Shown: positions 1 through 11,371 of the stretch, in pieces
Numbering within the stretch: the stretch's first letter is position 1
Layout: each line of letters starts with the position of its first letter
Origin: Chiloscyllium plagiosum
Taxonomy: Eukaryota
Length of the DNA: 33,381 nt
Direction: 5' to 3'
Assembly (NCBI RefSeq): GCF_004010195.1
Contig: NC_057758.1
Coordinates: forward strand, 3,018,616 to 3,051,996
Position numbers and translations under genes: made by a program
Notes under the pieces: model-generated
Told to the model about the DNA's origin: nothing
Seen by the model: the letters and a program-made list of their open reading frames with translations, nothing else
Databases searched by the model: none

Positions 1-915
1 TAACTCTCAATCGCCCCCATTGAACCTTCACGTCTCATCTTGGGATAGGCCGCCCTCTTCCATTTAACAAGGGATTCCAATTCCTTATTAAACCACGGCT
101 CCCTCGCACGACCCTTTCCTCCCTGCCTGACAGGTACATAATTATCAAGGACACTCAATAGTTGCTCCTTGAACAAGCTCCACATATCATTTACATTCTT
201 GCCTTGGAGTCTACTTTTCCAAGCCACACATCCTAAGTCATGCCTCACCGCATCATAATTTCCCTTACCCCAGCTATAATTCTTGCCCTGTAGTACACAC
301 TTATCCCTCTCCATCACGAGAGTAAAAATCACCGAATTATGGTCACTATCCCCAAAGTGCTCACCTACCTCTAATTCTAACACCTGGCCTGGTTCGTTAC
401 CCAGAACCAAATCCAGTATGGCCTCACCTCTTGTTGGCCTGTCTACATATTGTGTCAGGAAACTCTCCTGCACACATTGAACAAACACTGACCCATCTAA
501 CGAACTTTAGCTGTAGCTTTCCCAATCAATATCAGGAAAGTTAAAGTCCCCCATAACAACCACCCTATTACTGTCACTCATCTCCTGAATCACCTTCCCA
601 ATCCTTTCTTCAATGATTCTAGGACTATTAGGAGGCCTGTAAAAGACTCCTAACAGGGTGACCTCACCTTTCCTATTCCTAACCTCAGCCCAAACTACCT
701 CAGATGGCAAGTCCTCATCCATCGTCCTTTCCACCGCTGTAATACTATCTTTGACAAGCAATGCCACACCTCCCCCTCTTTTACCCCCACCTCTGACCCT
801 ACTAAAACATTTAAATCCTGGAACCTGCAACAGCCAATCCTGTCCCTGTTCTAGCCATGTCTCCGTAATAGCCACAACATCGAAGTCCCAGGTACCAACC
901 CACGCTGCAAGTTCA
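1..915 (-). mobile_element. CR1-clade LINE, young, 5'-truncated; ORF2 APE endonuclease and linker, runs off the window start
   Basis: The minus frame reads ELAAWVGTWDFDVVAITETW..GGGVALLVK..GVFYRPPN..VVMGDFNFPDIDW..LTQYVDRPTRGEAILDLVLGN..GDSDHN..EPWFNKE. These are canonical APE motifs, interrupted by a single in-frame TAA at 507-509. Confidence 0.93.
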
Positions 916-1290
916 TATTCTCCGAAGCTCCTTTTTCTTTCCTGTACTATATATACTACAACTACAAGTGGTGTTTTAAATGTGGGCTAACCAACGTTAT
1001 ATACAGTTCCGATGCCTCAACTAAATTAGAAGTATGGCATGTGACTTCTCAATCACTTTAACCACGTGTCCTGACATCTCAATTTCCCACTGCACACGTG
1101 CACGAAAATGTCCTTCTTATCTTCGTTACTTCCCGGGAAGCTCACTTTCATCATGAATTCCGTTACTTGGTTTACCCTGCCCAGTTGCATCACCTCACAT
1201 TCATCCAGATTGAATTCTGTTTACCAAAGATCTGCCTATCTAGCCAACCAGCCTATCTAGCCTCTCCAGTCTGAGCCAGTCCTCTTCACT
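916..1290 (-). mobile_element. Old degenerate CR1 RT-region fragment, probably the host of the young CR1
   Basis: CR1 antisense phrases such as 'tgtgggctaaccaacgttatatacag' and 'gcatcacctcacattcatccagattgaattc'. No ORF survives and boundaries are approximate. Confidence 0.55.
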
Positions 1291-1802
1291 CTTTCATTGT
1301 GCATTTTATGTGCTCGAGTGTTTCAATGGCATCTTTGTTGTGTCTTTTTTGAACTCAAATGCCACTTTCCAAAATAATTTTTAAAAAAATGAGTGCTCTA
1401 AACATTTATATAATGGGCACATTCGATGATTGCTGTTCTTCATCAGAGGTATTTAGGGATCTAATTGACTCATTGTCCACAAAAAGACAATACCTTCGAT
1501 TCCACATCGTCTGCCCCATGCGCCCACTATTGGTCATTTATTACCTGAAAGCATTGTGGTCACCGCTGCTTCCATGCAAACATCAAAATACAGAGCGTGA
1601 GCTTTTATCATGAAGTGTTATAATTGGATTAATTATGTAGGTCACACCATGCGGCCAAGGCATATCTCATGGAAAACCTGAGACGCGATCTAAACATGAA
1701 TGCCAGTGGAGCAGCAGCTGCATTATTCTGTTTTCTTGTGCGATAATTGCGATGACTTGAAACAGGTGACATACCAACTATCTCCCCAGAGCACGGGTGT
1801 AA

Positions 1803-1810
1803 TGTATAAG
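1803..1810 (+). promoter_or_regulatory. TATA-like element upstream of the GPCR start
   Basis: TGTATAAG lies about 55 nt upstream of the ATG at 1860. Positional inference only. Confidence 0.3.
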
Positions 1811-1859
1811 TAACATATCTTTTGTGTAGTGCCCTACATATTCAGGACCTCGAATAGAA

Positions 1860-1929
1860 ATGCATGTATCACCGAAAAACCGATTGTTTTCCATTTATTA
1901 TCCAGTCCTTGCAGCTATCGGGATTCTAG
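1860..1929 (+). CDS. Exon 1 of a GPR139/GPR142-like class A GPCR (N-terminus and first half of TM1)
   Basis: ATG at 1860 gives MHVSPKNRLFSIYYPVLAAIGIL plus one G, then a GT donor (gtatag) at 1930. The YYP.LA.IG motif is typical of this family. The phase-1 join to the acceptor at 4136 restores G|CG = Ala in frame. Confidence 0.85.
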
Positions 1930-2929
1930 GTATAGTATGTCTATTGTAATTCATTCATAGTTGTGTGAATCATTGATGAGCTGAAGTACCGGTCCCATTT
2001 GCAAGAAGCATGTCTCCAAGCTGCAAATTTTCTTTCTTCTGCATCATGGGACATGTACTCCACTTCACTTAACCACGTTAATTCTCCTCTTCAACTCGAT
2101 ATTTTTGTGCATTTTTGTAGTACGTTCTCCATGCAGTTTGCATAATTTAACCCCGTCAATCCGAGAAATGCCGCACTTTTACCAGGATTTTCTTTTCCAT
2201 GACATAATGCCCAACTTTATGAGCATTTCATTGATTTAATCAGTCATTTTCTAATGTATTCCGTCCGCAAAGCAGTATGAGCTTGTATTTTAATGCGAGC
2301 ATTGCTCCTTTCTGTGAATTAGCATTCTTGCATTAAAATGCAAATACAATATTGTTCATAAAATGTTGCCATTCCATTACTGTCCTGTTGTAGCTTTTAA
2401 TATGTAATCTTCTCCTGGCATTGATAACAAGTGCTTGATTTCACAGGCTGTTATGGTAGTGTAAACATTATTCAGCAATATGCTAGTATAGTTAAACATT
2501 GGCAATTTTGATGTTGTTTGCAAAGATGTAAAGGATGCTATATTCAAGCCACTTTCATTGAAGATATATTATCACATTGTTTCGACACGCATAGAATTAT
2601 GTTTTGCATTATTTATAATGGCAAATTGAGTAATTCGATGAAATAACAACTTGTTTTGAAATGATTTATTCCATTGCTAATGACGTAAGATATTTTGTCG
2701 AGGAGGTTTAGTAAACACCAAATGTTTGTCTGATATGTACGCATTGCAAAAACGCTCAGCATACGCGTCAAGCTCGAGGAGTGCAATGTTTACAAACCCA
2801 CTGCCGCAGTTAATCTATTTTCGTAGTTTTGAGGTGTTTGTCGTGTTTTTGCATTAATGGCTGCAGGTCCAGGATTCATTGAGCTTCTGACACTCAGCAA
2901 ACTTTCGAATGTTCTGGTCCTCACTGTTA

Positions 2930-3043
2930 TATCTGTTCTGAAGAACGGTCAGTGAACTTGAAACTTGAAACGAGAGACTGTGTTATCTCCACAGATGCTT
3001 TGAGATCTCATGAGTTTTTGCAGCAATGTCTGCTTTCGTTACA
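2930..3043 (+). mobile_element. Decayed Penelope pLTR-derived short repeat with a relic hammerhead core
   Basis: CTGAAGA at 2938, a broken stem and GAAAC, followed by 'ctccacagatgct...tgagtttttgcagcaatgtctgctttcgttacag'. Same layout as the other pLTR arms in this window. Confidence 0.45.
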
Positions 3044-3546
3044 GCGACCTCAGAATTTGTTGAAGATCAACAAGAGATGATTAGTGTCTAACGCATAAAA
3101 CCTTAATACACATATCTAGCAAAGGTAGAAAGGCTCAAAACTCGAGTCAGTGTACAGCAAAGTAGCGAATTGTTGCATGATAGAATTTTTTTTTGATGAG
3201 TGAGATTTTATTGGCTTCCCGTTTTAATTCCTCAAGCTGATAGCAATAATCAAACATGAAGCCATTGCGTTTGCAAATATGACCTTGCTAACTTGCACTC
3301 TGACTGTACTTTTGCTTGTCTCGGCTTAATTTTCCTTTTGACCAGGTAGCACGCTAACATTTCCAATAATTAACATTATTCAAGTAATTGATTAGACATG
3401 TCAATTACTGATTCTCATCGTTATGCAATCTGTCTCTTGATCGATTCCATATGTGTTTCTTTCTAGCAAATTCAACATTCTTGTAAGGTTCCAATGTGTT
3501 TTTGTCTAGGACAACCCATTGTCTGTTTGAACTGTTTACAGACTGT

Positions 3547-3734
3547 ACGGGAAAGTGAGGACTGAGGATGCTGGATATCAGAGCTGAAAATGTGTTGCTG
3601 GAAAAAGCGCAGCAGGTCAGGCAGCATCAAAGGAACAGCAGAATCAGAAAGAAGGGCTCATGCCCGAAACGTCGATTCTCCTGCTCCTTGGATGCTACCT
3701 GACCTGCTGCGCTTTTCCAGCAACACATTTTCAG
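3547..3734. mobile_element. Penelope pLTR-derived inverted-repeat element in the GPCR intron
   Basis: Inverted arms of about 63 bp (3582-3645 and 3674-3736). 15-bp TSD ctgtttacagac(t/a)gt at 3532-3546 and 3735-3749. The centre carries GGGC-tcat-GCCC-GAAACGTC but the CUGANGA box is damaged. Confidence 0.85.
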
Positions 3735-4136
3735 CTGTTTACAGACAGTGTCAAGAAACCCTCCTGAATGGTAGGTTTAAATTCTGCCCCATCCAAGCCT
3801 CTTATTAATCCATTTGTTGTTGTTCCATCGTCATTCACTTTTATGCAGTTGACCAGAATTTTTATTAATTTTATTGATCGTTAAAGCACAAACGTTATTG
3901 CACTTACTACTGTGAGGGCAATTCAGGAGGGTTTCTTTTCACAGTATGTAAGCAATCTTATCAGGGAAGGCGTTATATAAGACAAAAAAAAACATACTGC
4001 CTTCCAATTTAGGATCATGCTGCAAACATATAAGTTTCATACACTGTCGTGGAACAAGTTTTGCTGGGATTTCAACAAGTGACATTTATAAAGTTTCCTT
4101 CTGTCCTTCACTTCCCTCACTTTTTATCTATTTTAG

Positions 4137-5056
4137 CGAATTCATCAGTAATTGCCATCCTGCCTCGAAGAAGATGTGGTCTCTCTGGATGTATCACCTA
4201 TTACCTTGTGTCCACGGCAGTGACAGATTTCCTTGTCATGGTCATTGCTGTAGTATTGAACCGAATTGCTGGAATGTTTTTCCCATCCAGTTTTCTTTTC
4301 ATCACGCCGATATGCAGTCTCCGTATTGTCCTGATCTACATCGCCATAGACAGCTCTGTTTGGTTAACAGTTGCCTTTACATTTGAACGATTTGTGGCCA
4401 TATGTTGTCAAAAATTGAAAACCAATTACTGTACTGAAAAGATGGCAGTGCGTGTTATAATCGTTGTTATGGTACTTGTCTGTGGAAAAGACATCTTTTT
4501 ATATTTTGTCTATGAACCTGTTTATATCAGTCGCAATGTGCCCTGGTTCTGCGTTTTAAAATTGGTGTTTTATACATCACCTGCATGGATCGCATATGAT
4601 GTAATTCGCTCGATTTTAAGCCCTTGTCTCCCATTCATTCTGGTTTTATTGCTCAATGCTCTGACAGTAAGGCACATTCTAACATCCAATAGAATTCGCA
4701 GGCAATTCCGCGCCAGGAACAATGGAGAAAATCAGAGGGACCCAGAGATGGAGAAACGGAAGAAATCCATGGTTTTACTCTTCGCCATCTCCGGCAGTTT
4801 CATTCTGTTATGTTCACTATTTTTCGTAACCATTCTCTACATCCGGATAGGGAAAGTTATATATTTCTCAGGGTCCAATTTCGATGGATCATCATTTAAT
4901 TTGGAGGAATACGGATATATGCTTCAGTTTTTGAGTTCCTGCATTAATCCGTTTATTTATGCTGGGACACAGAATAAGTTTAGAACAGAATTGATTAATG
5001 GAGTGAAGTATCCAACTAGTCTAATTATGAAAATAGTAAACTTGCGAAAAAAATAA
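4137..5056 (+). CDS. Exon 2 of a GPR139/GPR142-like orphan class A GPCR; spliced product 329 aa, ORF intact
   Basis: A polypyrimidine tract and 'ttttag' acceptor end at 4136. Hydrophobic helices carry AVTDFLV (TM2), VWLTVAFTFERFVAIC (TM3, DRY as ERF), PWFC (ECL2), LPFILVLLLNALTVRHI (TM5) and SSCINPFIY (NPxxY). The ORF-track GTG start at 4049 is intronic. Not claimed as the true GPR139 orthologue. Confidence 0.92.
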
Positions 5057-5117
5057 ATTCAAACATGAATTATACTTTGATTCCATCGAATTCCAGTAAA
5101 TTAGTTAATCATGAAAG

Positions 5118-5220
5118 GCTCTGACAGTAAGGCACATTCTAACATCCAATAGAACTCGCAGGCATCTCCACACTAGGAACAGTGGAGAAAATCAGAGGGA
5201 CCCTGAGATGGACAAACGGA
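5118..5220 (+). repeat. 103-bp direct copy of GPCR coding sequence 4658-4760
   Basis: Ungapped manual alignment shows about 9 mismatches in 103 nt. It abuts the 5' end of the CR1 at 5221. Confidence 0.95.
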
Positions 5221-6360
5221 TGTTTAACTTTATTTGCTCTAATTCTATGAAGGTATTACAAGTGCGGTGGACAACTGGGACTGATGTGATGTACCTCGAT
5301 TTACAAATGGTATTTGACAAGGTGCCAACACAAAAGTCTGCTACATGAGGTACAGGTGCAAGTTTGTGGTTTGACTCAGGGATCAGTGTTGCAACCACAA
5401 TTGTACATGATTCACGGAGATGTCTTGGATTTGGGATCACACATACTTTGTCAATGTTTACAGATGACACCGTCGCAAGCAAAGTGTGCAGAGGACTCTG
5501 AACGTTTGTAGAGGACTCTGAACGTTTGTAGAGGAAAATATTTAGATACATGAGTGGGCAAAGATCTGGGAGATGGAGTACTATGTTGATAAATGTTAAG
5601 CTATCCATTCTGGGAGAAATCATGGTTGAAGGACTATTATTTAAACGGTGAAACAATTGCAAAGTGATGCTGTGTGCTGGAACCTGGGTGTCCTTGTGCA
5701 TGAATCGCAGAATGTTGGTTTGCAGATACAAGAGATAAATGAAAGGAAAATGCAATTTTGTCCTTCATTGTTATAGAAATTGAGTTTACATGCACTAAAA
5801 TTATATTGCAGTGGTACCAGGTGCTGGCGAGGCCACACACGGAGTAATGCGTCCAGTTCTGGACTCCATAATTGGGAAGAATTTACTGGCACTGGAGGGG
5901 TACAAATGAGATTCACTAGGTTGATGCTGGATTTGAAAGGGTTGGGTAATGCGGACATACTGAGTAAACTCGAATTATATTCATTGGAATTTAGATGATT
6001 CGCGGGATCCTACAAAAGCATATAAAATTATGATGTGCATAGATAAGATAGAAGATGGGCTTTCGGTTCCACTATTATGCGAAATTAGAACAAAAGGGTA
6101 TAGCCTGAAAGTAAGGGGGTGCATATTGAGGACTGGATTCAGGGAGAATTCCTTCACCCGAAAAGTTGAGAATCTGTGAAATTCCCTGCCCAGTGGAGAC
6201 TTCATCGTTGATGGTAGATTAGTTTTGATCAGTAAAGCGCTTAAGGGTATGGTGACATGGTGTGTAAGTGAAGCTGAGGTCTCGTGAAGACCAGTCCCAT
6301 GTTCTTATCAAATGGCAGAGCTGGTGCGGAGTGCCAGATGGCCTAATCCTGCTCCTATTG
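5221..6360 (+). mobile_element. Degenerate 5'-truncated CR1 (RT to 3' UTR)
   Basis: Relics of DV.YLDFQKAFDKVP ('gatgtgatgtacctcgatttacaaatggtatttgacaaggtgcc') and QGSVL. The 3' end reads 'cagatggcctaatcctgctcctat'. An internal 20-bp tandem duplication lies at 5491-5530. Confidence 0.85.
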
Positions 6361-6899
6361 ACACACATAATCCCTTCTAAGGTACAGACAATTTGTAACA
6401 TTTTTCATGCGAGTAAAACTAAGAAGGTGCAAGCAATGTTAAGTCCGTTTGGGAATCCACATTGTAAATGTTTCAATTACAGTTGTTATTTGAATTTTTC
6501 GTGTAGATTTTTGTCTGGCACGTTAAACTTCTTTTTAGCACTGGAGTACAAATAGGGTCGGAATCGGGACATCGCAATTTGGCCAGGTGTGAGTTGTAAG
6601 TTTAAAATGACAGAGTACAGAAATCTTATGTCAATATAGTTTAACATTCCGAATTGACCTACAAGATCACATAACAATGTATGTTTAAGCGTGTAAAACT
6701 CTTCAATATCGACATTGAAAAATATTTGGCCGTTTAGATTTAATAATGGCTCAGCTATTTCTTCGCAAATGTCTTCTTCATTGATCATGGATCAAGAGAC
6801 ATATTACCAGTCTAAAGATTTCACCTTCTGGTCTACTGCTGTTATGATCGCAGTTATATCCTTTTTGTTCTCTGATGTGCAGAATGTGCAAGAGATGGA

Positions 6900-8464
6900 A
6901 AGCAGAGATTATTACAGTAACCATCACCAAGGAGATTGTGTTAGAAAAAAACTGAAACATCTGGCAGTGGATAAATCACTTGGACCAGATGGGCTATGCC
7001 CTAGATTTCTGAAGGAGTCAGCTGACAAGCAGGTGGAAGCTTTTGTAGTGACCTTTCAGGTATCACTGGAGTCAGAGAACGTCTCAGAGGATTGCAAATC
7101 GCTAACGTTACACCCCAAACCCCCATTTAGAACGGAGCAAGGCAAAATACAAGAAATTAAAAGCTGATTATTCTTTCTTCAGTCATTGGTAAGATTACTG
7201 AGTCCATTGTAAAGGAAAAGATTTCTGAATAATTGGAAATGCATGCTATAATAGGGCAAAGTTAGTATGATTTCATCAACAGGATATTATGCCTGAGAAG
7301 TCAATTAGAATTTCTTTGAGGAGGTAACGAGTTGGTTAGAGCAAGGAGAACCAATGGATGTTATCGATCTGGACTTCGAGATGGCTTTTAATAAAGTGCA
7401 CATAGGAGGCTGCAGAGTAAGGTAAGTGTCCATGGTGTTAGAGGAAAGGAACTAGCGTGGATAGAAAGTTGGCAACCTGGCAGAATGCAGAGAGTGGGGA
7501 TAAAAGCATCCTTTTCAGGATGGAAGCCGTCGATTAGTGGTCAATATTGAGACCAAAACGTTTCACTTTATGCATTAATCATCTTGCCACAGAAACTGGG
7601 AGAATGCACATGAGAAAAAGAGAAATCGAGGGGCAAATAGTATTGACGTGGTGGGGAGGCTGCAGCGATATTTATACTGGTTAGGAGAGTGGGCAAATAT
7701 GGGGCGGCTGAAATATAACGTGGGCAAGTTTAAGTTAATACACTTTGAAAGGAAGAGTAGAGGCATAAAGTGTTTGCGAAATAGGGAGAAACTCTGAATT
7801 GCAAAGGGACTTGGGAGTCTCAGGCCAGGTATCTCTTAAGGAAAGCTTGCAGGTGAGGTCAGTTGTCAGGAAGGCAAATACAATGTTGTCATCCATGTCC
7901 AAAGGAATGGAATATAAAAGCAAGGATATACTTCTGAGACTTTACAACCCTGTGGCCAGACTACAATCAGAGCATTCTGAGCAATTTTGGGGCCCATACT
8001 CAGAAAAGATGTATAGGTCCTGAGGAGATTCATGAGAATGATCGCATGAATCAAAGTCTCGGCATATAGGAATGTTTGATGACTCGATTGTACCTGATGG
8101 AGTTTAGAAGGATGGGGTAGAAGATTGAAACTTACAGAATACTAAATGAGCTGGACAGAATGGACGTTGGGAAGTTATTTACATTGGCAGTAGAGATGAG
8201 GACCTGAGGGCATAGTCTTAGAGCAAAGGGAAGACCTTTTAGATCAGAGATGAGGGGAAACGTCATTAGCCAGAGAATGGAAGGCTGCGGACGCCAGGTT
8301 GCTGAGCATATTTAAAACAGAGTTCGTGGTTGCCAAGGGAATCAAAGTTTTCTTGGAGTAAGTGGAAAATGGGATTGAAATATCAATCAGCATAATTGAA
8401 TTGGGGTTTAGATTCGATGGGTCAAATGTCCTAAAAGGTATTCCTGTGAATTATGGTCAATGGT
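6900..8464 (+). mobile_element. Degenerate CR1 (RT domain to 3' UTR)
   Basis: DKSLGPDGLCPRFLKE, RLQRY..WLGEWA and VVRKANTML..GMEYKSKDILLRLY relics, with many frameshifts and a CR1-type 3' end. Confidence 0.88.
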
Positions 8465-8669
8465 TGAATGTGACTTTGTTGCCTATGCCATGTTAGGCGA
8501 TGGTCCAGCAAATGAAAGTACCTTCACTGAGGGAGTTTGAAAAAAGACAATGACGCAATGTACACGATTTGAGATGGTGATGCTTCTGTCTCGTAGATTC
8601 AAAAAGATACAACCCCCCCCCCCCCCCCGTTATGCGGGGATATTCTAGCTCTACCCCCGCATAACGGAA

Positions 8670-9330
8670 TTGGAGACCATTCAGCACTTTGATGCTCGTT
8701 GGACATTTAATAAAGTCATGCTGATCTGTGGCTCACATGTATATGCATGTTGTGGGCCTTGATTTGTGAATAGAAAAAACAAACATGTCGATCATTTACA
8801 CTTTGACGAAGAGAGTTCCTAACTTTCACTATCCTTTGCTTGGAGAACGTTTTCTGACATCTGTCGAGTATGGCCTGACCCTAAATCATAAAATATTTCC
8901 CTCTTTACAGATTCAGAGGAAATAGTGTATCTTTATCTATCATGCAGTTCCCTAATTATACGCTGAGAACCTCAATTGGATCGCGTCCCAACATTCTTGA
9001 TTATAGTGAATACAGTCACGGTTTTATCTAAAATCTCCTCATAATTGAATCCCTGAAGTCCTGTCATTATTTCAATCTACATACGGTGAACTGACGTCCG
9101 CAGTAGTACATCCATCTGAAGATAGGTTGTTCAGATTTGACCACAGTAATGTCAGTGGAGTCGAAGTAGACTTTCATGTAACTGCAGTGCTCTGCTTCTC
9201 CTTACATTAGCTCGTCAGATATTATAACTAACATTACATTGACTTCTTGACTTCTTTGTGCCTGTTCGTGGCATTTATTATGCAGCTGATCAAGAAAATC
9301 TCGTTGGACATTTAACTTTGTGTTTACTAA
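8670..9330 (-). mobile_element. Very old CR1 3'-end fragment
   Basis: Antisense 3' UTR phrase 'gagaccattcagc...atttaataaagtcatgctgatctg'. The remainder is only weakly recognisable. Confidence 0.4.
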
Positions 9331-9368
9331 AGAATGTCATTGTTTTTAAAATTTTCTTTGTGAATGTT

Positions 9369-10060
9369 TAGAACATAGAACATAGAACATTAGAGAATAG
9401 TAGAGGCCCTTTGGCCCTCAATGTTGCGCCGGCCTGTGAAACCAATCTGAAGCCCATCCAACCTACACTATTCCATTCTCGTCCACATGTTTAATCAATG
9501 ACCAGTTAAATGCTCTTAAAGTGGGCGAGTCTACTACTGTTGGTGGCAGTGCGTTCCACGCTCCTACTACTCTCTGAGTAAAGAAACTACCTCTGATAAT
9601 TGTCCTATATCTATCACTACTCAAGTTAAAGCAATGTCCCCATCGCTATTCGAGGGAAAAGGCTCTCACTGCTCAACCTATCGAACCCTCTGATGATCGT
9701 GTATGTCTCAATTAAGTCACCTCTCAGCCATCTTCTCTCCACTGAAAACCATCTCAAGTCCCTTAACCTTTCCTCGTAAAGCCTTCCCTCCAAACCAGGC
9801 AACATCCCAGTAAATCTCCTCAGAACACTTCACAAAGCTTCCACATCCTTCCTATAATACAGTGACCAGAACTACATTCAATATTCCAAATGTGGTCACA
9901 CCAGATATTGCACAGCTGCAGCATGGTCTCAAGGTTCCAAAACTAAGTCCCGCTACCAATAAACACCGTATGCCTTCTTAAGAACCCTATCACCCTGGGT
10001 GGCAATTTTCAATGATCTATGTACCTGGACAATGAGATCTCTCTGCTCATCTGTACTGTC
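9369..10060 (-). mobile_element. Host CR1, segment 1 (3' end) of an element split by three insertions
   Basis: Terminal (tagaaca)n microsatellite at about 9369-9389. The antisense RT C-terminus reads EQRDLIVQVHRSLKIATQGDRVLKKAYG. The sequence resumes colinearly at 17317. Confidence 0.9.
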
Positions 10061-11371
10061 CTGTTGGAAGGACAGATCAGGAATTATCGTAGTAAAGACA
10101 AGGGATTCCCCCTCTGACCCACTCAATACCTCGGATCCTCTTGGCTGCTTGACCACCCTCCCGTAACATAAAATCAGACTGGGTGGAAGTGGAGGAGGAG
10201 GAGAGACAGACAGGGACAGGGAACGGAAGACCCACACGAGGAGGAAGAAGGGGCGGTTGACGGGAATGTTGTTGTTCCCGACCCTCAATCCGCAACGAGA
10301 GAAAGGGAAGATAAAGTAGACATAGAGGATGCCTCCGGAGTACCTAAACCAAGGCCTAGCGGAGGAAAACAAAAAAAAAGGGCAAGAGCATAAAGACTTA
10401 TCCCCTTAGGGAGGTACCAATTGGGAACAAAGAGATTGAGTTTGTAAGTGCCCCCCTCAACAATGGGGAGGTCAGAACATTTAAAAAGGAGATGAAAGTC
10501 CTGGTTAAGGATCGGGTAGGGTTGTCTGAACAAATTGATCAGTCTTTGGCGCCCAATCTGTATATATGGACTGAGTTATTGTCTATTTTGAATATACTAT
10601 TTACTGGAGAAGAAAGGGGACTTATACGAGGAGCAGCCATTAAAATATCGGACTGGAAACATTCCACTGGGGATGGGGATGCGAGGCAGGGTGAGACAAA
10701 GTTTCCCCTCAGAGACCCCGAGTGGGACAATCAAAACCCGGATCATAGAGAGGAAATGAGGAAATTGAAAGACCTGATTCGAAAAGGAATAAGAGGCAGT
10801 TCCAAAGTCGCAGAATTTGACTAAAGCCTTTGACGTTAGACAGGAAAAAAATGAGACACCTTCAGCTTTCTTGCAAAGATTAAGAGACTCAATGCGGAAA
10901 TACTCTGGAATGAACTCCGAGAACCCAGTGGGTCTTTTGAAAGTATATTTTGTGATAAAGGTATGGCCAGACATCCAGAGAAAGATACAGAAGATGGAAG
11001 GGTGGAGCGATAAAACATTAGATGAATTGTTAAGAGGGGCACAGGAAGTGTTTGTAAAGACAGAGGATGAGAGACAAAAACAGAAGGCAAAAATGATGGT
11101 AGCGACGGTTGACGAGGTAGTTTAGAAAAGAATGGAACCAATAGTAAGCAACCAGAGCGGCGGGTGGCAACATGAAGGACAGAGAGGAAGAGGGAGAGAG
11201 AGAGGACAAGGGGGAGCATTTGATAGAGGGCTCGGGCGACAGGGGCAGACATGGAAGTCTCCACAGGCAGGATGCTATTATTGCAGAAAGATAGTGCATT
11301 TTAAGCCGGAGTGTCCTGATCTACAAAGGGAAGAAAGGGCAATTCCGCTTATGAATTTTGATGAAGAATAT
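10061..11371 (+). pseudogene. gag: ERV gag (end of MA, CA, NC), disrupted
   Basis: YPLREVP, EVRTFKKEMK and LNILFTGEERGLIR motifs. MHR-like VRQEKNETPSAFLQRL. A single zinc knuckle CYYCRKIVHFKPEC (CX2CX4HX4C) at 11273-11314. Confidence 0.93.

Noticed and set aside
3547..3734. MITE or DNA transposon interpretation of the inverted repeats (also 13247-13578)
   Set aside because: The arms are asymmetric in length, the TSDs are 15 bp and hammerhead cores lie at the inner ends. This fits Penelope pLTR inversion better than transposase TIRs.
4049..4136. ORF-track N-terminus MEQVLLGFQQ... of the GPCR
   Set aside because: It starts at GTG and translates the intron's polypyrimidine tract. The family-typical N-terminus is encoded at 1860-1929.
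5052..5057. AATAAA overlapping the GPCR stop codon
   Set aside because: It arises trivially from AAA-TAA-A and cannot be supported as the real polyadenylation signal without transcript data.
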